Assembly (NCBI GenBank): GCA_045654725.1
Contig: JAZONX010000042.1
Location: 33,805 to 97,804, forward strand
From: Eubacteriales bacterium
Lineage (GTDB): Bacteria > Bacillota > Clostridia > Oscillospirales > CAG-272
Reading direction: 5' to 3'
DNA length: 64,000 nt
Positions 20,029 to 28,202 of this stretch are shown one piece after another (the first letter of the stretch is position 1; every line of letters begins with the position of its first letter). The position numbers and the translations under genes were made by a program. Below the pieces are notes generated by a model that was not told the origin of the DNA, ran no database searches, and was given only the letters and a program-made list of their open reading frames with translations.

Positions 20029-20595
20029 TTAGATCTCCATTATTTCCTTGGTCTTGGCTGCGCTGATGTTGTCGATTTCCTTGATGTACTTATCGGTGAG
20101 GTCCTGAACGTTCTTGTCGGAGCTCTTCGCTTCGTCCTCTGTCATCACAGAGTTCTTCTTATCAGCCTTGATCTTGTCGTTTGCATCGCGACGAATGTTA
20201 CGGATAGCAACCTTTGCATCCTCGCCGAGCTTGGAAATCTGCTTTGCGAGATCCTTTCTGCGTTCCTCTGTTGTGGGGGGGAAGGAAAGACGGATGCAAG
20301 AGCCGTCATTCTGGGGATTGATACCGAGATCGGATGTAAGAATCGCCTTCTCAATGCCCTTCATGATAGACTTATCCCACGCTGTGATGGTGAGAGTGCG
20401 CGCATCACTAACCTTAACCTCTGCTATGGAAGAGATCTGTGTGGGAGATCCATAATAATCAACAGTGATCTTCTTGAGAACGTCGGGATTTGCTCTTCCC
20501 GCTCTGATGGTAGAAAGATTCTCCGAATAGGAGTGGATAGTCTTCTTCATCTTTTCTTCGTATGCTTTAGTGTCAAGTTTCATTTTTTCTAGCAC
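20029..20595 (-). CDS. frr: ribosome recycling factor
   Basis: 188 aa. TIRAGRANP and the characteristic C-terminal coiled region. Conserved pyrH-frr order. Confidence 0.92.
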   Translation of the reverse strand: MLEKMKLDTKAYEEKMKKTIHSYSENLSTIRAGRANPDVLKKITVDYYGSPTQISSIAEVKVSDARTLTITAWDKSIMKGIEKAILTSDLGINPQNDGSCIRLSFPPTTEERRKDLAKQISKLGEDAKVAIRNIRRDANDKIKADKKNSVMTEDEAKSSDKNVQDLTDKYIKEIDNISAAKTKEIMEI

Positions 20596-20631
20596 CTTTC
20601 GTAATATATTTTATTTAATTCAATATCAAAA

Positions 20632-21330
20632 TCATTCAGCGATGATGACCGTTCCTACGTGTTCACCACTCACAGCGCGCAAAATATCCTTTGCGGACTT
20701 AAGACCAAACACCTTAACAGGCATTCCAACCGAGAGACAGAAGGCTGTCGCCGTAGCATCCATCGCCTGAAGATTTCTTGCGAGGACCTCGGACGCCTTA
20801 ATCTCCTTAAGAGGCTTTGCATCGGGGTTTTTTCTGGGGTCGTCTGTATAGATATAATCGACGTTTTTCGCCATAAGAATAGCGTCCGCCTCAATCTCTG
20901 CCGCCCTTACCGCACTCGCGGTGTCGGTGGAAAGGAAGGGTATACCAAGTCCACCGCCGAGCACAACGATCTTGCCCGCCGACAAAGCAGACTTTGCCGC
21001 ATCGGAGGAATATGCCTCTGCGAAGGGATGCATAGGAATAGAGGTCATAACTACTGCCTCTGCGCCTGCGCGCAAGATAGCATCCTTTATACAAATCGAG
21101 TTGATGACGGTTGCAAGCATACCCATTCTGTCGGCCTCTGTGCGATCCATCTCACCACCTGCTCTGCCACGCCAGATATTTCCAGCACCAACGACAACTG
21201 CAAGCTCGTGACCCTTGTCGCGACACTCCTTAAGAACCTTTGCAACCTCGTCGACGAAGGCGGTGTTATAAATTTCTCCGCTGCCTGCGGAAAGAGCCTC
21301 TCCGGACAGCTTCAGTAAAATGCGTTTCAT
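20632..21330 (-). CDS. pyrH: UMP kinase
   Basis: MKRILLKLSGEAL N-terminus and VVGAGNIWRG. The ATG at 21330 has an AAAGGAAG RBS; the ORF-track start at 21348 is an upstream extension. Confidence 0.92.
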   Translation of the reverse strand: MKRILLKLSGEALSAGSGEIYNTAFVDEVAKVLKECRDKGHELAVVVGAGNIWRGRAGGEMDRTEADRMGMLATVINSICIKDAILRAGAEAVVMTSIPMHPFAEAYSSDAAKSALSAGKIVVLGGGLGIPFLSTDTASAVRAAEIEADAILMAKNVDYIYTDDPRKNPDAKPLKEIKASEVLARNLQAMDATATAFCLSVGMPVKVFGLKSAKDILRAVSGEHVGTVIIAE

Positions 21331-21359
21331 ATTTTGACTTCCTTTCATTTATGTCGGAA

Positions 21360-22313
21360 TTATCTGTCGTTTTTCATTTTCACAGCGAGTCTTGCTTTAG
21401 CCGCGACGTTCTCTGCGGTGAGTCCGTAAAGTTCAAGTAGCTCGGGAACCTGACCGCTTCTGCCGAACTTATCCTCAACGCCTACACGAAGCACTGGCAC
21501 AGGGTATCTCTCCGCAAGGCTCTCGCATACCGCAGCACCAAGGCCACCGATAATACTATGCTCCTCTGCGGTAACCACGGCGCCCGTCTTTCTTGCAGAT
21601 ACCTCAATAAGCTCTTCGTCAAGGGGCTTCACGGTGTGAATATTTATAACTTCTGCCGAAATCCCCTCGGCTGCGAGAATATCCGCAGCCTCAAGTGCAA
21701 GATGCACCATATAGCCGTTTGCCACAATGGTAACGTCACTTCCCTCTCGGTATGTAACGCCCTTGCCGATCTCAAACTTGTAGTCAGAGATAAGCTCGGG
21801 GGTGAGATTAGGAACAGCGTATCTTCCAAAACGAAGATAACAGGGTCCCTCGTAATTGAGCACAGCCTCCACCGCTGCATAAGCCTCGGTAACGTCAGCA
21901 GGACAGATCACCGTCATACCGGGAATTGTACGCATAAGCGCAAGGTCCTCGCTGCACTGATGAGTCGCACCGTCCTCGCCAACCGTGATGCTAGCATGTG
22001 TTCCGACGATGTTCACGTTGAGATGAGGATAGCCAATAGAGTTTCTGATCTGCTCAAAGGCTCTGCCTGCCGCAAACATTGCAAAGGATGCAGCAAACAC
22101 CTTTTTGCCGGTAGCTGCAATACCCGCAGCCACTCCGATCATATTTCCCTCCGCGATACCGCAGTCTATAAATCTCTCGGGATACTTTTTCTTAAATATA
22201 CCCGTCTTGGTTGCCGCAGCAAGATCTGCGTCGAGGACTAGGAAATCATACTTTTCGCCAAGCTCGGCAAGTGCCGCGCCAAAGCCTTCTCTGGTAGCCT
22301 TTTTATCTGCCAT
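21360..22313 (-). CDS. transketolase, C-terminal (pyrimidine-binding) subunit
   Basis: FIDCGIAEGNMIGVAAG and GEDGATHQ motifs. Start trimmed to MADKK at 22313. Confidence 0.9.
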   Translation of the reverse strand: MADKKATREGFGAALAELGEKYDFLVLDADLAAATKTGIFKKKYPERFIDCGIAEGNMIGVAAGIAATGKKVFAASFAMFAAGRAFEQIRNSIGYPHLNVNIVGTHASITVGEDGATHQCSEDLALMRTIPGMTVICPADVTEAYAAVEAVLNYEGPCYLRFGRYAVPNLTPELISDYKFEIGKGVTYREGSDVTIVANGYMVHLALEAADILAAEGISAEVINIHTVKPLDEELIEVSARKTGAVVTAEEHSIIGGLGAAVCESLAERYPVPVLRVGVEDKFGRSGQVPELLELYGLTAENVAAKARLAVKMKNDR

Positions 22314-22326
22314 TGTCACGTCCTCC

Positions 22327-23166
22327 TTACTTGAGTGTTTCTGCAATAGCAGAAAGATCTGCAATCGCAACCTTGTAGAGATCCTCTTTAGGTGCCTGAC
22401 CGTGCCATTCGCAGGAGTTCTCCATATAGGAAACGCCTCTGCCCTTTACCGACTTTGCGATAATCACGGTGGGCTTGCCCTTTGTATCTCTCGCCTGCTT
22501 TAAGGCGGACTCTATTTCATCGAAATTGTGAGCGTCGATAGTGATCACGTTCCAACCGAAGGCGAGGAACTTTTCATCATGAGGTGTGGGATTCATAACC
22601 TCGGTGATCGGACCGTCAATCTGAAGCCCGTTTAAGTCGAGAATTGCAACCAAATTATCAAGCTTGTAGTGAGCAGCAAACATTGCCGCCTCCCAAACCT
22701 GTCCTTCCTCGCTCTCGCCGTCACCGAGAATGGTATAAACACGGTAAGGATCGCCCGAAATCTTGCCCGAAAGGGCCATGCCGCATGCACAGGAGAAGCC
22801 CTGACCGAGCGAGCCGGTGCTCATATCCACACCGGGAACTCCCTTCATATCAGGGTGTCCCTGAAGGTAGGACGCGGTTTTTCTAAGTGTTTTTAAATCC
22901 TCTTTTGGAAAAAATCCGCGCTCTGCAAGTGCCGCATAAAGGCCGGGGGCGGTGTGCCCCTTTGAGAGAACGAATCTGTCGCGCATAGGATTTGTGGGAT
23001 TTTGGGGATCGATATTCATCTCCTCAAAGTAGAGGTATGTAAGAATGTCGGCTATCGACAGCGAGCCACCTGGGTGTCCGCACTTCGCATTGTAAACTTC
23101 CTCGATTATGCTGATTCGAAGGTTGTTCGCGATGCGAGAAAGCTCAAGTTTTTTAGACTTTTCCAT
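22327..23166 (-). CDS. transketolase, N-terminal (TPP-binding) subunit
   Basis: CGHPGGSLS and ILGDGESEEGQVWEA thiamine-diphosphate motifs. Start trimmed to MEKSKK at 23166. Confidence 0.9.
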   Translation of the reverse strand: MEKSKKLELSRIANNLRISIIEEVYNAKCGHPGGSLSIADILTYLYFEEMNIDPQNPTNPMRDRFVLSKGHTAPGLYAALAERGFFPKEDLKTLRKTASYLQGHPDMKGVPGVDMSTGSLGQGFSCACGMALSGKISGDPYRVYTILGDGESEEGQVWEAAMFAAHYKLDNLVAILDLNGLQIDGPITEVMNPTPHDEKFLAFGWNVITIDAHNFDEIESALKQARDTKGKPTVIIAKSVKGRGVSYMENSCEWHGQAPKEDLYKVAIADLSAIAETLK

Positions 23167-23284
23167 AAAACGCTCCCAAATAATTATACTTGCAAATATT
23201 TTACTATAAAAATAATAATTTGTCAATACAGTTTAGCGTATTATTAAGAATAATTGCGCGCGTATTAACATAAATTTCACAATT

Positions 23285-23322
23285 AACAAAAGAGAGCGAA
23301 CTGCACACGGCAAATTCGCTCT
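23285..23322 (-). terminator. terminator of the DUF1273/SLOG gene
   Basis: 8-bp stem AGAGCGAA (23293-23300) / TTCGCTCT (23315-23322) with a 14-nt loop. On the minus strand it is followed by CTTTTGTT. Confidence 0.45.
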
Positions 23323-23327
23323 TAAGA

Positions 23328-23804
23328 TTATCTGTTCAAATCGTCAAAAAGATTAATTATCTCCCTACCGAGTGCTTCTGCCATTCGCAGGGTCTGTCCC
23401 GATCCGCTTTTAGGGTTGTCAACGTAGGCGATAAGCAGATCGCAGGCATCCGCCATAGCCTGATTGCGAAGCCGCATACAGGCGGAGTGGTAATTTTCCG
23501 AAACATATCGCACCTCGTCGGCAGATGAAATGATATAGTTGTATGCATCCTGCTGCGCAGCGTTCCACTGACTCTCCTGCCCTATAAATGGAACAAAAAT
23601 TTGAAGCGAAACGTCGGGGTGTGAAATGCGAAAACGCAAAACCTCTCTTGCCGCCATTGTATCAAATCCAACAGCTCCACCGGCGATAAATTTGCGGCAG
23701 CCGAGATCATAAGCGTGGCTAATAGCAATTCCGATAAGTCCCTGAAGGGACTTGCGATGCTCTTCGGGAATTCTTCTGTGTCCTGTGAAGGCGCAAGTAG
23801 TCAT
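23328..23804 (-). CDS. SLOG-fold protein of the DUF1273/YpsA-like family
   Basis: N-terminal FTGHR motif and Rossmann-like GGAVGFD. 158 aa. Confidence 0.7.
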   Translation of the reverse strand: MTTCAFTGHRRIPEEHRKSLQGLIGIAISHAYDLGCRKFIAGGAVGFDTMAAREVLRFRISHPDVSLQIFVPFIGQESQWNAAQQDAYNYIISSADEVRYVSENYHSACMRLRNQAMADACDLLIAYVDNPKSGSGQTLRMAEALGREIINLFDDLNR

Positions 23805-23833
23805 CTGCTTCTCCTTTCGTGATTTACTGACTT

Positions 23834-23862
23834 ATTTTAGCACCAAAGGAGAAAAAAGTCAA
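23834..23862 (-). promoter_or_regulatory. sigmaA-type promoter for the DUF1273 gene
   Basis: On the minus strand: TTGACT (23862-23857), 17-bp spacer, TAAAAT (23839-23834). Confidence 0.55.
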
Positions 23863-23911
23863 CTAAAAATATGCAACTGGAGGTAAAAATGGGCTTTTTC
23901 TAAAAAATCTC

Positions 23912-23940
23912 TTGACTTTTCTGCTGTGATATGATATGAT
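23912..23940 (+). promoter_or_regulatory. sigmaA-type promoter (TG-extended) driving the leader of the CNNM/CorC gene
   Basis: TTGACT (23912-23917), 17-bp spacer ending in TGA, TATGAT (23935-23940). Confidence 0.65.
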
Positions 23941-23984
23941 AGTCGTTGTATAATGCCTTATGGCAATTTTATTTTGGAGGAAGT

Positions 23985-24038
23985 ATGGACGACGGCGTCG
24001 GGAACACTTGCCAGAAAAGTTCCGTAAAATATTGTTAG
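23985..24038 (+). CDS. candidate 17-codon leader peptide (MDDGVGNTCQKSSVKYC)
   Basis: ATG preceded by GGAGG (23976-23980). The stop TAG at 24036-24038 lies 6 nt before the 5' arm of the leader terminator. Too short for the ORF track. Confidence 0.25.
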   Translation: MDDGVGNTCQKSSVKYC

Positions 24039-24044
24039 ATTTCA

Positions 24045-24086
24045 GGCTTAGCCGCGCTTTTTGGGAGTACGGTTATGCCTTTTTTT
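24045..24086 (+). terminator. leader (attenuator) terminator upstream of the CNNM/CorC gene
   Basis: Stem GGCTTAGCCG (24045-24054) / CGGTTATGCC (24070-24079) with one U-U mismatch and one G-U pair. Followed by TTTTTTT (24080-24086), 79 nt before the ATG at 24165. Confidence 0.6.
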
Positions 24087-24164
24087 GCTGTTTTTCAGAT
24101 CCCTCAATCAAGAATTTTTACAAAAAATAATCTAAATCGAAAGGTATAAAACAAAAAACAAATC

Positions 24165-25460
24165 ATGGAAATTCACATAATAATCATAGTTGTTTGTGTA
24201 ATTTTATCGGCTTATTTCTCTGCGACAGAAACCGCGTTCTCAACCTTTAACCGTATTCGAGTAAAGAATATGGCTGAGAAGGGAAACAGAAAAGCTGCCC
24301 TCGCTCTCAAGCTTGCAGATAACTACGATTCTCTCATTTCCTCTATACTTATAGGCAACAACATCGTTAACATTCTTGCCTCGGCAATGGGCACCCTGCT
24401 CTTCACCAAGTTCATCTTTGGCAGCCATCCAAGAGGTGAGGACCTTGGAGCGACGGTTTCCACCGCGGTGCTCACAATTGTAATTCTTATCTTCGGCGAG
24501 ATTTCTCCCAAAACCATAGCGAAGAATTCTCCCGAACGCTTTGTTCTCTTCTCTGCGCCTATTATCAATCTTGTGCGTATAATTCTCTTCCCATTCATCG
24601 TCGTATTCAACGGTTGGCAGAAGCTTCTTGCAAAGATCTTCAAGAAGCAGGATGACCAGGGTATGACCGAAGAAGAGCTTATCTCCATTATAGAGGAAGC
24701 CGAAGAAGAAGGCGACATCGATAAAGAGGAAAGCGATCTAATCAAGAGCGCTATCGAGTTTGGCGACCTTGAGGTTGGTGATATCTTCACACCTCGAATC
24801 GACATCACCGCGCTTCCCGTTACCGCAACCAAGGAAATCGTTGCGAAGACCTTCTCTGAATCGGGATACTCCAGACTTCCTGTCTACGACGGAGATATCG
24901 ACAACGTTGTTGGTATCCTCTACTACAAAGACTTCTACACAGTAGCATATAAGACAAACGTACCCCTACACGAAATTATCAAGCCTGTTATCTACGTTGC
25001 AACGACACAGCCAGTAAACGAGCTGATGAAGGATCTTCAGGAGAAGCAGCTTCATATGGCGGTTGTAACAGACGAGTTCGGTTCCACCGCAGGTATCGTA
25101 ACACTCGAGGATATTCTCGAGGAGATCGTTGGCGAGATCTGGGACGAACACGACGAAATTATTGAAGAAATCAAGCAGATTGACGACAAGGAATACATCG
25201 TTTCCGGTAAGGCGAATATCGAAAACCTCTTCTCCGAGCTTGACATCAACCACGAGATTGAATCTGTGACCGTCGGCGGTTGGGCAATGGAGGTTCTCGG
25301 TAAGATTCCCGAGGCCGGTGATAATTATGAGGAATACGGCCTTGCTGTTGAAGTTCTTGAAATGGACGGTAGACGAGTTGAAAACGTGCGCGTTCTCGAC
25401 AAGCGCGACCTTAGCAAATCTGAAGAAAATGACAATGAGGAAAGCAACAGCAACGATTAA
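24165..25460 (+). CDS. CNNM/CorC-HlyC family divalent-cation (Mg2+/Co2+) transport protein (DUF21 + CBS pair + CorC_HlyC)
   Basis: Four-TM N-terminus with SATETAF, a CBS-pair region, and C-terminal transporter-associated domain GGWAMEVLGKIPEAGD. The tail is acidic. Confidence 0.85.
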   Translation: MEIHIIIIVVCVILSAYFSATETAFSTFNRIRVKNMAEKGNRKAALALKLADNYDSLISSILIGNNIVNILASAMGTLLFTKFIFGSHPRGEDLGATVSTAVLTIVILIFGEISPKTIAKNSPERFVLFSAPIINLVRIILFPFIVVFNGWQKLLAKIFKKQDDQGMTEEELISIIEEAEEEGDIDKEESDLIKSAIEFGDLEVGDIFTPRIDITALPVTATKEIVAKTFSESGYSRLPVYDGDIDNVVGILYYKDFYTVAYKTNVPLHEIIKPVIYVATTQPVNELMKDLQEKQLHMAVVTDEFGSTAGIVTLEDILEEIVGEIWDEHDEIIEEIKQIDDKEYIVSGKANIENLFSELDINHEIESVTVGGWAMEVLGKIPEAGDNYEEYGLAVEVLEMDGRRVENVRVLDKRDLSKSEENDNEESNSND

Positions 25461-25512
25461 AAAAAGTAGTGCTAATTCTCCAATAATGTAAATTATAGTT
25501 GTCATATTGTTG

Positions 25513-25545
25513 AAAACGACAGCCGTTTCGGCTGTCGTTTTATTA
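25513..25545. terminator. bidirectional terminator between the CNNM gene and the flippase gene
   Basis: Stem CGACAGCCG (25517-25525) / CGGCTGTCG (25529-25537), 3-nt loop, A-run before and T-run after. Confidence 0.75.
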
Positions 25546-25548
25546 TTT

Positions 25549-27066
25549 TTAAGTTTTGATTTTTGTGTATTTTTTTCTCTCGTTTTTGATGGAAAATATC
25601 GACAAAACAAATACAGTAACCGAAAGTGCGAACAACATTTTCATCATCAGCCAAATGGCGTGAACAGTGCTTCCGCCAAAATTAAAAAGATTCTTAGTTA
25701 ACTGTGCCGATAAAATAGAAGCTATCAGTGGCAGGATCATTGAAATCGGCCTAATTTTGAAGAAAATCCTTTTACGAAGCCTGATCAAAGAGAGAACAAA
25801 ATTATATCCCTCCATCAGCAAAATAACAACCGCGTATCCCATAATGCCCATACGTGGTATCAAAATCCATACCAAAATGACCGAAAGAAGCGAATCGGTG
25901 ATATTCACCCACATAGAGAATACCTGTTCACCCATTCCCTTCAGCATTGAGTCAGTAACGTGGTCAAGATACATTATCGGGACTACGAAGGAAAGAGTAG
26001 ATATGTAATATCCCGCGTCGTAGGATTTATAGATAACATAGCCTAAATCCTCCGCAAAAACAAACAAAAAGATTGCAGAAATAACCGCGTAAGAGAGGGT
26101 TGTATTAAGCGCCTTTGTTGCAATTCTACTCATTCTCTCGCGCCTACCTGCTGATAAATCCTCTGCAAACTCGGGCACTAAAAGTCCCGCAAAGGATGAA
26201 AGCGGTGACATCGGATAGGTCACAAGAGGCAGCGCCATGCCGTGCAGGCTTCCGTAATGCGAGTATGCCTCGGAGGTACTCTCGCCAGACTCACGAAGTT
26301 TTTTCGGTATCAAAACATGCTCAATATTTAATAAAAGTGAGCGTACGTATGCCGAAAATGCCAATGGAAGCGCCATTTTTGAGATACTTACAATCTCATT
26401 TTTTCTTTTCTTTTCCTCTACCCTGTTTCTGTATCTATCATAGAGAAATTCGAGATAAATCAATGCAAAACCAAGTGCCTCAGTGATAGTAATTCCAACG
26501 CACAAACCTACAACCGCACTCACAATTCCGCGTGGAGCAAGATATGTCACCAGAGCCACGGTCAGAATAATCTTCATAAGTTGGCATACCACCGACACTA
26601 TGGCATTAAAGCTTACCCTCTTCACACCGACAAAATATCCAGCAAAAACCGATGTCATCGCAGCAGGAACCAGCGAAAGCGAGAGCACCTTAAGCGAGGT
26701 TACGGTGCGTGTATCGGTCAGTATGTATTTCCCTATCAGATCTGCCCCAAAAAACAGACCGAGAGTTGCCGCCGAGCCAAACACAAGAGCATATATTATT
26801 GCCCCTCGCAAAAGCCCACCAATCCTATCTTCATGTCGTTCGCCGATTGCTGATGCAACAAGACTCGTCACAGTGAGACTGATGCCGGAGGTAGCAAAGG
26901 TAACGGCAAAGGAATAGACCGTCATAACAAGTGTATAAAGTCCCGTCCCTTCTGCCCCGACCGTGCGCGAGATGAATGCGCCGAATATCATTCCAACAGT
27001 CCTGATGGCAAGACCGACTAGGGTCAGCATTAGTCCGCTTTTAAAAAATCTCTTATTTTGTATCAT
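25549..27066 (-). CDS. spoVB: MOP-superfamily flippase, SpoVB/MurJ-like
   Basis: About 14 TM segments. The N-terminus FFKSGLMLTLVGLAIRTVGMIFGAFISRTVGAEGTGLY resembles SpoVB. The start is ambiguous between 27066 and 27084. Confidence 0.6.
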   Translation of the reverse strand: MIQNKRFFKSGLMLTLVGLAIRTVGMIFGAFISRTVGAEGTGLYTLVMTVYSFAVTFATSGISLTVTSLVASAIGERHEDRIGGLLRGAIIYALVFGSAATLGLFFGADLIGKYILTDTRTVTSLKVLSLSLVPAAMTSVFAGYFVGVKRVSFNAIVSVVCQLMKIILTVALVTYLAPRGIVSAVVGLCVGITITEALGFALIYLEFLYDRYRNRVEEKKRKNEIVSISKMALPLAFSAYVRSLLLNIEHVLIPKKLRESGESTSEAYSHYGSLHGMALPLVTYPMSPLSSFAGLLVPEFAEDLSAGRRERMSRIATKALNTTLSYAVISAIFLFVFAEDLGYVIYKSYDAGYYISTLSFVVPIMYLDHVTDSMLKGMGEQVFSMWVNITDSLLSVILVWILIPRMGIMGYAVVILLMEGYNFVLSLIRLRKRIFFKIRPISMILPLIASILSAQLTKNLFNFGGSTVHAIWLMMKMLFALSVTVFVLSIFSIKNERKKYTKIKT

Positions 27067-27153
27067 ATAATCCTCATAAATCACAATAATTAAGCCTTAT
27101 TTCATTATATGTAGGAAAAAATCTAAAAATATTAAAAAAATTTCAAAAAGCAC

Positions 27154-27182
27154 TTGCTTTTTTATAATTAATATGATATAAT
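27154..27182 (+). promoter_or_regulatory. sigmaA-type promoter for rpmB
   Basis: TTGCTT (27154-27159), 17-bp spacer ending in TGA, TATAAT (27177-27182). Confidence 0.6.
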
Positions 27183-27260
27183 AGACCCTGCTGATTTATG
27201 TAATCAAATAAATTTATATAAAATTACGCTCGCAAGGGCGGGATTTTTGGAGGTGTCAAA

Positions 27261-27446
27261 ATGGCTAAGTGCAGTATCTGCGGTAAGGGCGTTGTTTTTG
27301 GACATAACGTGTCTCACTCCAACCGCAAGACTAACAGAACCTGGAAGCCCAACATCCGTAAGGTTAAGGCTGTAGTAAACGGAACCAACACTACTGTTGC
27401 AGTTTGCTCTCGTTGCCTTCGTTCCGGAAAGATCGAGCGCGCTTAA
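27261..27446 (+). CDS. rpmB: 50S ribosomal protein L28
   Basis: 61 aa. MAKCSICGKG...GHNVSHSNRKTNRTWKPN is the L28 signature. Confidence 0.93.
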   Translation: MAKCSICGKGVVFGHNVSHSNRKTNRTWKPNIRKVKAVVNGTNTTVAVCSRCLRSGKIERA

Positions 27447-27452
27447 GGATTT

Positions 27453-27482
27453 AAAAAACTCTGCTTTAAGGCAGAGTTTTTT
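27453..27482 (+). terminator. rpmB terminator
   Basis: Stem AAAAAACTCTGC / GCAGAGTTTTTT with a 6-nt loop. Confidence 0.75.
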
Positions 27483-27494
27483 AATTATGTGACT

Positions 27495-28202
27495 ATGAAA
27501 ATAATTTTAGTTGACGAAAGAATTACCGATAAATGCGAGAGAGCCTTGCGAAAGGAGGGTTTTCGGGTTATTATGCTTCCGGCCGACCCGGATCTTGGTC
27601 AGGCAGTAAAGTCGCACCCCGACACGCTTATTTTCAAGCTTGAAGACGAGCTTATCACCACAGCCGATTATTGTGACCGAGCCTCCTATATCTTCAGCGA
27701 CCTTCGTGAGATTTGCGACGTGAAAATCAGCTTCACATCGGACAGACGTGGCGACAAATATCCCTTCGATGCAGCGATGAACGGACTGGTTGTATACAAA
27801 TCGTTGTTTATAAACACAAAATCCGCATCAAGCTTCATTATAAATCGTGCGCGCGAACTAGGTTACACCGTCTGCCACACCAATCAGGGTTACCCCGCTT
27901 GCACGACACTCGCATTTGGAAATTACGCTATTACAGCCGACAGAGGCATGGCAAAAACCCTCAAGGAGCGCGGAATTAAGGTCACCCTCATCAGCGAGGG
28001 GCATATTTCCCTGCCCCCACACAATTACGGTTTTATAGGCGGAGCAAGCTTCGTTCAGGATAACAAGGTCTATTTCTTCGGCGACGTCACCTCTCACCCC
28101 GATTACGAGACTATACAGCTCGCGCTGCAAAACGCAGGATACGAGGCTATTTCGCTCTCGGACGAGCCTTTATGTGATTTCGGTGGCGCCATCATTCTTT
28201 AA
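27495..28202 (+). CDS. conserved-looking hypothetical protein (235 aa), soluble
   Basis: Continuous ORF with normal codon usage. The ATG at 27495 lies just after the GTG at 27489. No motif that I can assign. Confidence 0.55.
   Translation: MKIILVDERITDKCERALRKEGFRVIMLPADPDLGQAVKSHPDTLIFKLEDELITTADYCDRASYIFSDLREICDVKISFTSDRRGDKYPFDAAMNGLVVYKSLFINTKSASSFIINRARELGYTVCHTNQGYPACTTLAFGNYAITADRGMAKTLKERGIKVTLISEGHISLPPHNYGFIGGASFVQDNKVYFFGDVTSHPDYETIQLALQNAGYEAISLSDEPLCDFGGAIIL

Noticed and set aside
22314-22370. N-terminal extensions in the ORF track. Examples are 21360..22370, 22327..23226, 36220..37626, 35407..36105, 41187..42596, 54097..54933, 58569..59981, 62755..63315, 8968..9501 and 40188..41126.
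   Set aside because: In every case an internal ATG is preceded by a good Shine-Dalgarno and gives the canonical family N-terminus. The extensions overlap upstream genes or promoters, so the starts were trimmed.
20632-23166. Absence of rpsB-tsf upstream of pyrH-frr, with split transketolase genes there instead, as a possible insertion or rearrangement.
   Set aside because: There are no flanking repeats, integrase or transposase genes, tRNA genes or compositional break visible. Split tkt is common in Clostridia. I treat this as ordinary lineage-specific synteny.
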